30,919 nucleotides of DNA, from contig CM119268.1 of assembly GCA_051294375.1 (NCBI GenBank), forward strand, positions 12,559,914 through 12,590,832, read 5' to 3'. Of the stretch, positions 28,011 to 30,919 are shown in pieces. The notes under the pieces were generated by a model. That model saw only the letters and a program-made list of their open reading frames with translations, made no database searches and was not told the DNA's origin. Positions within the stretch are counted from its first letter, which is position 1. Each line of letters begins with the position of its first letter. Made by a program: the position numbers and the translations under genes. The DNA is from Paraspadella gotoi (Eukaryota; Animalia; Chaetognatha).

Positions 28011-29111
28011 TAGGGCCAAACTTTGTCAATGGGGAGGGTCAGAAGCTTTATTTGGAAAACTTCCCAAATGAAACTTCATACATTTCTGAGAAAACTTTCA
28101 ATGGACCAAAATTTTATAAAATGGCTAGAAGCACTAGTAATTAATTTTTTAATATTTATTTAAAGATAAGAAATGTTAAAATTTTTTTTAAATTTTGTAT
28201 TTTTAAAAGCAGATTCAGATAGCTTATGAAAATTTGTCTATACAAAGTATAATTTTTTTTTCAATATTTTGATAAGTAGGTCAAAACTGGGAAAAACTTT
28301 AAAAAATCGTCCTCATCATCATCATCCGATAATTTTAATAGTTTTTGCTAATTTTCAGTAATAAAACATCAAAATTTTAAAAAGTTGTAATTACATTTTT
28401 AGCTTAACTTTTTATCTCAAACAGAATCAATTAAAAAAACTTAAAATATAAAAAAAAAATCTTAAAAGCATAAGGATAGTTCGCAAATCGCATAAGAATA
28501 GCGGTAGCCGACCAAATTCAAATTTTAATGGGAACAGCATTAAACTAATCCATTATTGGTATTACTTATTGTGTTAAAATATTTTTTTGCAAAAATGTTC
28601 CAAACCATGAGTAATTCGCTAATTAATATTATTATATTGCTATATAATGTAAAAATTTTTTTTTAGATATTTTAGGTTTTTTTAATTGATTCTGATAGAG
28701 CTTAAAAAGTTAAGCAAAAAATATAATTACAACTTTTTAAAATTTTGATGTTTTATTACTAAAAATTAGTAAAAGTTGCTAAAATCATCGGATGATGATG
28801 ATGATGATGATTTTTTCAGGTTTTTCTCAATTTAAACCCACTTATCATCAAAATATTGAAAAAAGAATTATACTTTGTGTAGATAACTTTTTATAAGCTA
28901 TTTGAATCTGCTTTTAAAAATAAAAAATTCCAAAAAAAATTTTTGACATTTCCTATCTATAAATAAATATTAAAAAATTAATTACTAATGCTTCTTGCCA
29001 TTTTAGAAAATTTTGGTCCATTGAAAGTTTTCTCAGAAATGTATGAAGTTTCATTTGGAAAGGTTCCCAAATCAAACTTCTGACCCACCCCATTGACGAA
29101 GTTTGGCTCTA
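28011..29111. mobile_element. Foldback / long-TIR non-autonomous DNA element
   Basis: Inverted arms of about 440 bp (28011-28455 and 28660-29111), e.g. CCAAATGAAACTTCATACATTTCTGAGAAAACTTTCAATGGACCAAAATTTT and its reverse complement. Confidence 0.85.
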
Positions 29112-29116
29112 ATAAG

Positions 29117-30070
29117 AACAAGTTTGAGCAATGTCGGATCTGCCCACGATCATTAGCGGTAATTAATTAATTAATTAATACAAATTAATTAATTTGATCT
29201 AAAATGTTTGTTTTTAGGTCTTTTCGTCACTGATCACGACAAAAGCAACGACGTCGATGATGGCGATGACGACAATAATGCCGATAAGATTGACTTGATT
29301 GATTCATTAAATAATTAATTAATTTATAAATTGATTGATTGAATAATTAATTAATAGCTAACTAAATAAATTGATTTAATAATTAATTCATTGATTATTT
29401 AACCAATTAATTAATTATTTATAAATAATTGAATAATTAACTGATTAATTATTTGATTCATTTATACATCTTGCATTTACATTTAATATAAAAAGAAAAA
29501 GAAGCATAATCAATTAGTGAAATAGGTTTTTTGTTTTTTCCATTTAAACTCATTTCCATCGAAACTTGATTTCCAGCTTAATCACACACTTTCCTACCCA
29601 CATACAAAATTTCAAGTCAATCGCCCCGTCCACTTATGAGTAATTGCCATTCAAATAGTGAAATAGATTTTTTTTTCCAATTAAACTCATTTCCACTCGG
29701 ATGATTCCATAGAAACTTCATATCCAGCTCAATCCCACACTTCCCTACCCACACACAAAATTTCGTTTAAATCCATCCATCCAATCTTGATTAACTGGAG
29801 TTTTTTTATAAGGTGGGACGGACGGACAGACCGACAGACGGATGAACGAACATCGTTTTTTTGCATAATTTATCTTTTTTTTGAGAAAGCAAAGTATTTC
29901 TCAAAAATTAAAAACAACAAAAAGAAAGGATTATTGCATCATGCATAAATTATCATAATTTGACATTCTGATATATATGTGATTGCCCGTCAAAATTGAG
30001 GGGGCGGACCGACGGACTGACAAAGTGAATTATAGAGTCGGGATCTGCTGAACGAAGATCCGACTAAAAA
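29117..30070. mobile_element. HINE/DINE-1-like family 1 copy
   Basis: Same ends, sub-repeats, GACG/GACA microsatellite and terminal hairpin as 10681-13156. Confidence 0.7.
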
Positions 30071-30159
30071 TCTGGATTGACGACAAATTTTGCTACTAAA
30101 AAAAAACAAATTTGAGAAAAGAAAATTTATAAACAGAAAGAAAGAGAAAAAAAATAAAT

Positions 30160-30450
30160 ATAAAGAAAGAATAGAAATGAAAGAAAGAATAGAACGGAAA
30201 AAAAGAATAGAAAGGAAAGAAAGAATAGAAAGGAAAGAAAGAATAAAAAGGAAAGAAAGAATAGAAAGGAAAGAAAGAATAGAAAGGAAAGAAAGAATAG
30301 AAAGGAAAAAAAATAGAAAAGAAAGAAAGAATATAAAGGAAAGAAGGAATAGAAAGGAAAGAAAGAATAGAAAGGAAAGAAAGAATAGAAAAGAAAGAAA
30401 GAATAGAAAAGAAAGAAAGAATAGAAAAGAAAGAAAGAATAGAAAAATAA
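30160..30450. repeat. 18-bp minisatellite (GAAAGAAAGAATAGAAAG)n
   Basis: Direct tandem array; the source of spurious ERKERI and FYSFFP ORFs. Confidence 0.92.
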
Positions 30451-30565
30451 AAATAAAGAGAGAGTGACGAGAAAAAAGAACGAAATAAAAACCCGATGTT
30501 GCGATAGCAAAATGATAACATGCACAAATACGATGCCTAATTTTACGAGTTCAATCCTAATTCAA

Positions 30566-30665
30566 TTTTTTTTTATCGAGCCATGACCGGCGAAGCCGGT
30601 TCAGGCTTGATTTTGTTTCGGGTCAGCTTCTTTGTGACGTCGTCGTCGTCGTCGTCGTCGGCGTC
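30566..30665. repeat. T tract, hairpin and (GTC)n: likely end of another Helentron-type repeat
   Basis: ATCGAGCC..ACCGGC-gaa-GCCGGT..GGCTTGAT stem next to a T run. Confidence 0.45.
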
Positions 30666-30919
30666 ACGCTGTTTTTATGAAATTGGTACAACCAATATAT
30701 ATGCGATTTTATTCGAATACAACGAGGTTGATTCAGTACAATCATCATCAACAAACAAACAAACAAAGATAGACTAAGTCTAAGCAAAAAAAAAACATTA
30801 TAAAATAGAGAGAAAAAAACAGTTAATTAAATAAAATTAATTAATTAAAATTTAAACAATTAAAAATAGTTCTTATGTTGTTTTGAAGAACCTGGAAAAG
30901 TCCAGGGAGGCTGTAACTT

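Noticed and set aside
30090-30527. ORFs with ERKERI, FYSFFP and SILSFF repeats
   Set aside because: Translations of an 18-bp minisatellite, open in several frames on both strands.

Overview
AT-rich, repeat-dense animal (probably invertebrate) genomic DNA from a draft assembly, with two N gaps. The host gene is a minus-strand SWI/SNF subunit of the SMARCD/BAF60 (Bap60) family. Seven coding exons splice in frame from an ATG at 27996 down to 8963. The 3' exons are not in the window. The introns are filled with nested transposons. These include two related CsRN1-clade Ty3/Gypsy elements (one with gag-protease joined directly to the integrase tail, one with only RT-RNaseH-integrase) and Tc1 transposase remnants. 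TA- and TTAA-flanked MITEs, Helentron-type (HINE/DINE-1-like) repeats, a tRNA-derived SINE and a foldback element are also present. Three features stand out. (1) A pol-less LTR element at 3629-6762 has atypical termini, a primer site resembling almost a whole tRNA-Lys, and an ORF with tandem TQT (LC8-type) motifs. (2) A MITE has RSS-like CACAGTG-N22-AGAAAAAT ends. (3) A Pack-TIR element carries an intact copy of SMARCD exon 2 inside a later intron of the same gene. The ~5 kb tandem duplication around the 25-N gap is probably an assembly artefact. All calls are by eye, with no database search.
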